NCBI RefSeq assembly: GCF_000143415.4
Contig: NW_003314263.1
Location: forward strand, 4,413,008-4,463,058
DNA length: 50,051 bases
DNA from: Selaginella moellendorffii
Taxonomy: Eukaryota > Plantae > Lycopodiophyta
Direction of reading: 5' to 3'
Shown piece after piece: positions 47,540-50,051 of the stretch. Under the pieces are notes generated by a model, which saw only the letters and a program-made list of their open reading frames with translations, did no database searches and was not told the origin of the DNA. Numbering within the stretch: position 1 is the first letter of the stretch; the number at the start of each line of letters is the position of its first letter. The position numbers were made by a program, and so were the translations under genes.

Positions 47540-50046
47540 GGGTTTAGGGTTTAGGGTTTAGGGTTTAGGGTTTTAGGGTTTAGGGTTTAGGGTTTAGGGT
47601 TTAGGCGCGTTTAGGCGTTTAGGGTCAAAGACACCCCGCAGTGCTGCAATCCGGCGAGATCGCGGCTTTAGGGTTTAGGGTTTACCGGTTTAGGGTTTAG
47701 GGTTTAGGGTTTACGGGTTTAGGGTTTAGGGTTTAGGGTTTAGGGTTTAGGGGTTTAGGGTTTAGGGTTTAGGGTTTAGGGTTTAGGGTTTAGGGTTTCC
47801 GGTTTAGGGTTTAGGGTTTAGGGTTTAGGGTTTAGGGTTTAGGGTTTAGGGTTTAGGGTTTAGGGTTTAGGGTTTAGGGTTTTAGGGTTTAGGGTTTAGG
47901 GTTTAGGGTTTAGGGTTTAGGGTTTAGGGTTTAGGGTTTAGGGTTTAGGGTATAGGGTTTAGGGTTATAGGGTTTAGGGTTTTAGGGTTTAGGGTTTAGG
48001 GTTTAGGGTTTAGGGTTTAGGGTTTTAGGGTTTAGGGTTTAGGGTTTAGGGTTTAGGGTTTAGGGTTTAGGTTTTAGGGTTTAGGGTTTAGGGGTTAAGG
48101 GTTTAGGGTTTAGGGTTTAGGGTTTAGGGTTTAGGGTTTAGGGTTTAGGGTTTAGGGTTTAAAGACACCCCGCAGTGCTGCAATCCGGCGAGATCGCGGC
48201 TTTAGGGTTTAGGGTTTCCCGGTTTAGGGTTTAGGGTTTAGGGTTTACGGGTTTAGGGTTTAGGGTTTAGGGTTTAGGGTTTAGGGGTTTAGGGTTTAGG
48301 GTTTAGGGTTTAGGGTTTAGGGTTTAGGGTTTCCGGTTTAGGGTTTAGGGTTTAGGGTTTAGGGTTTAGGGTTTAGGGTTTAGGGTTTAGGGTTTAGGGT
48401 TTAGGGTTTAGGGTTTTAGGGTTTAGGGTTTAGGGTTTAGGGTTTAGGGTTTAGGGTTTAGGGTATAGGGTATAGGGTATAGGGTTTAGGGTATAGGGTT
48501 TAGGGTTTTAGGGTTTAGGGTTTTAGGGTTTAGGGTTTAGGGTTTAGGGTTTAGGGTCTAGGGTTTTAGGGTTTAGGGTTTAGGGTTTAGGGTTTAGGGT
48601 TTAGGGTTTAGGTTTTAGGGTTTAGGGTTTAGGGGTTTAGGGTTTAGGGTTTAGGGTTTAGGGTTTAGGGTTTAGGGTTTAGGGTTTAGGGTTTAGGGTT
48701 TAGGGTTTGGGGGTTTAGGTTTAAGGGTTTAGGGTTTAGGGTTTAGGGTTTAGGGTTTAGGGTTTAGGGTTTAGGGTTTAGGGTTTAGGGTTTAGGGTTT
48801 AGGGTTTAGGGTTTAGGGTTTAGGGTTTAGGGTTTAGGGTTTAGGGTTTAGGGTTTAGGGTTTAGGGTTTAGGGTTTAGGGTTTAGGGTTTAGGGTTTAG
48901 GGTTTAGGGTTTAGGGTTTAGGGTTTAGGGTTTAGGGTTTAGGGTTTAGGGTTTAGGGTTTAGGGTTTAGGGTTTAGGGTTTCAGGGTTTAGGGTTTAGG
49001 GTTTAGGGTTTAGGGTTTCAGGGTTTAGGGTTTAGGGTTTAGGGTTTAGGGTTTAGGGTTTAGGGTTTAGGGTTTAGGGTTTAGGGTTTAGGGTTTAGGG
49101 TTTAGGGTTTAGGGTTTAGGGTTTAGGGTTTAGGGTTTAGGGTTTAGGGTTTAGGGTTTAGGGTTTAGGGTTTAGGGTTTAGGGTTTAGGGTTTAGGGTT
49201 TAGGGTTTAGGGTTTAGGGTTTAGGGTTTAGGTTTAGGGTTTAGGGTTTAGGGTTTAGGGTTTAGGGTTTAGGGTTTAGGGTTTAGGGTTTAGGGTTTAG
49301 GGTTTAGGGTTTAGGGTTTAGGGTTTAGGGTTTAGGGTTTAGGGTTTAGGGTTTAGGGTTTAGGGTTTAGGGTTTAGGGTTTAGGGTTTAGGGTTTAGGG
49401 TTTAGGGTTTAGGGCCTAGGGTTTAGGGTTTAGGGTTTAGGGTTTTAGGGTTTAGGGTTTAGGGTTTAGGGTTTAGGGTTTAGGGTTTAGGGTTTAGGGT
49501 TTAGGGTTTAGGGTTTAGGGTTTAGGGTTTAGGTTTAGGGTTTAGGGTTTAGGGTTTAGGGTTTAGGGTTTAGGGTTTAGGGTTTAGGGTTTAGGGTTTA
49601 GGGTTTAGGGTTTAGGGTTTAGGGTTTAGGGTTTAGGGTTTAGGGTTTAGGGTTTAGGGTTTAGGTTTAGGGTTTAGGGTTTAGGGTTTAGGGTTTAGGG
49701 TTTAGGGTTTAGGGTTTAGGGTTTAGGGTTTAGGGTTTAGGGTTTAGGGTTTAGGGTTTAGGGTTTAGGGTTTAGGGTTTAGGGTTTAGGGTTTAGGGTT
49801 TAGGGTTTAGGGTTTAGGGGGGGGGGTTTAGGGTTTAGGGTTTAGGGTTTAGGGTTTAGGGTTTAGGGTTTAGGGTTTAGGGTTTAGGGTTTAGGGTTTA
49901 GGGTTTAGGGTTTAGGGTTTAGGGTTTAGGGTTTAGGGTTTAGGGTTTAGGGTTTAGGGTTTAGGGTTTAGGGTTTAGGGTTTAGGGTTTAGGGTTTAGG
50001 GTTTAGGGTTTAGGCCTTAGGGTTTAGGGTTTAGGGTTTAGGGTTT
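47540..50046 (+). repeat. Telomere (TTTAGGG)n, variant-rich proximally
   Basis: About 2.5 kb of TTTAGGG running to the end of the sequence. Confidence 0.99.
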
Positions 50047-50051
50047 AACAT

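Noticed and set aside
49815-50051. G-run and terminal AACAT as telomere variants
   Set aside because: Probably low-coverage read-end or base-calling noise.

Overview
Right-hand chromosome end of a plant with Arabidopsis-type TTTAGGG telomeres. The TE and gene content suggests a non-seed land plant (inference). The last ~2.5 kb is telomere; the rest is a nested transposon landscape plus one apparently intact host-like gene (Crinkler-type NTPase+REase, 29641-32533). Three systems stand out. (1) A short non-coding unit embedded in the telomeric repeats (longest copy 47159-47539). On the telomere-to-centromere strand it carries a complete minimal type I hammerhead ribozyme and a 3' tail of CCCTAAA variants. 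One copy stops within 1 nt of the predicted self-cleavage site and is capped with TTTAGGG, as expected for an RNA reverse-transcribed onto chromosome ends. (2) An L1/Tx1-type LINE without a poly(A) tail that has inserted repeatedly, in both orientations and in tandem, into one 17-bp site (CAATCCGGCGAGATCGC) of that unit. (3) A 12.4-kb DNA transposon (24-bp TIRs, 4-bp TSD, Sola-like transposase) carrying a spliced ParB-like / degenerate methyltransferase-like / FCP1-like cargo and about 20 dispersed copies of a 22-bp palindrome. All calls were made by eye; no searches were run.
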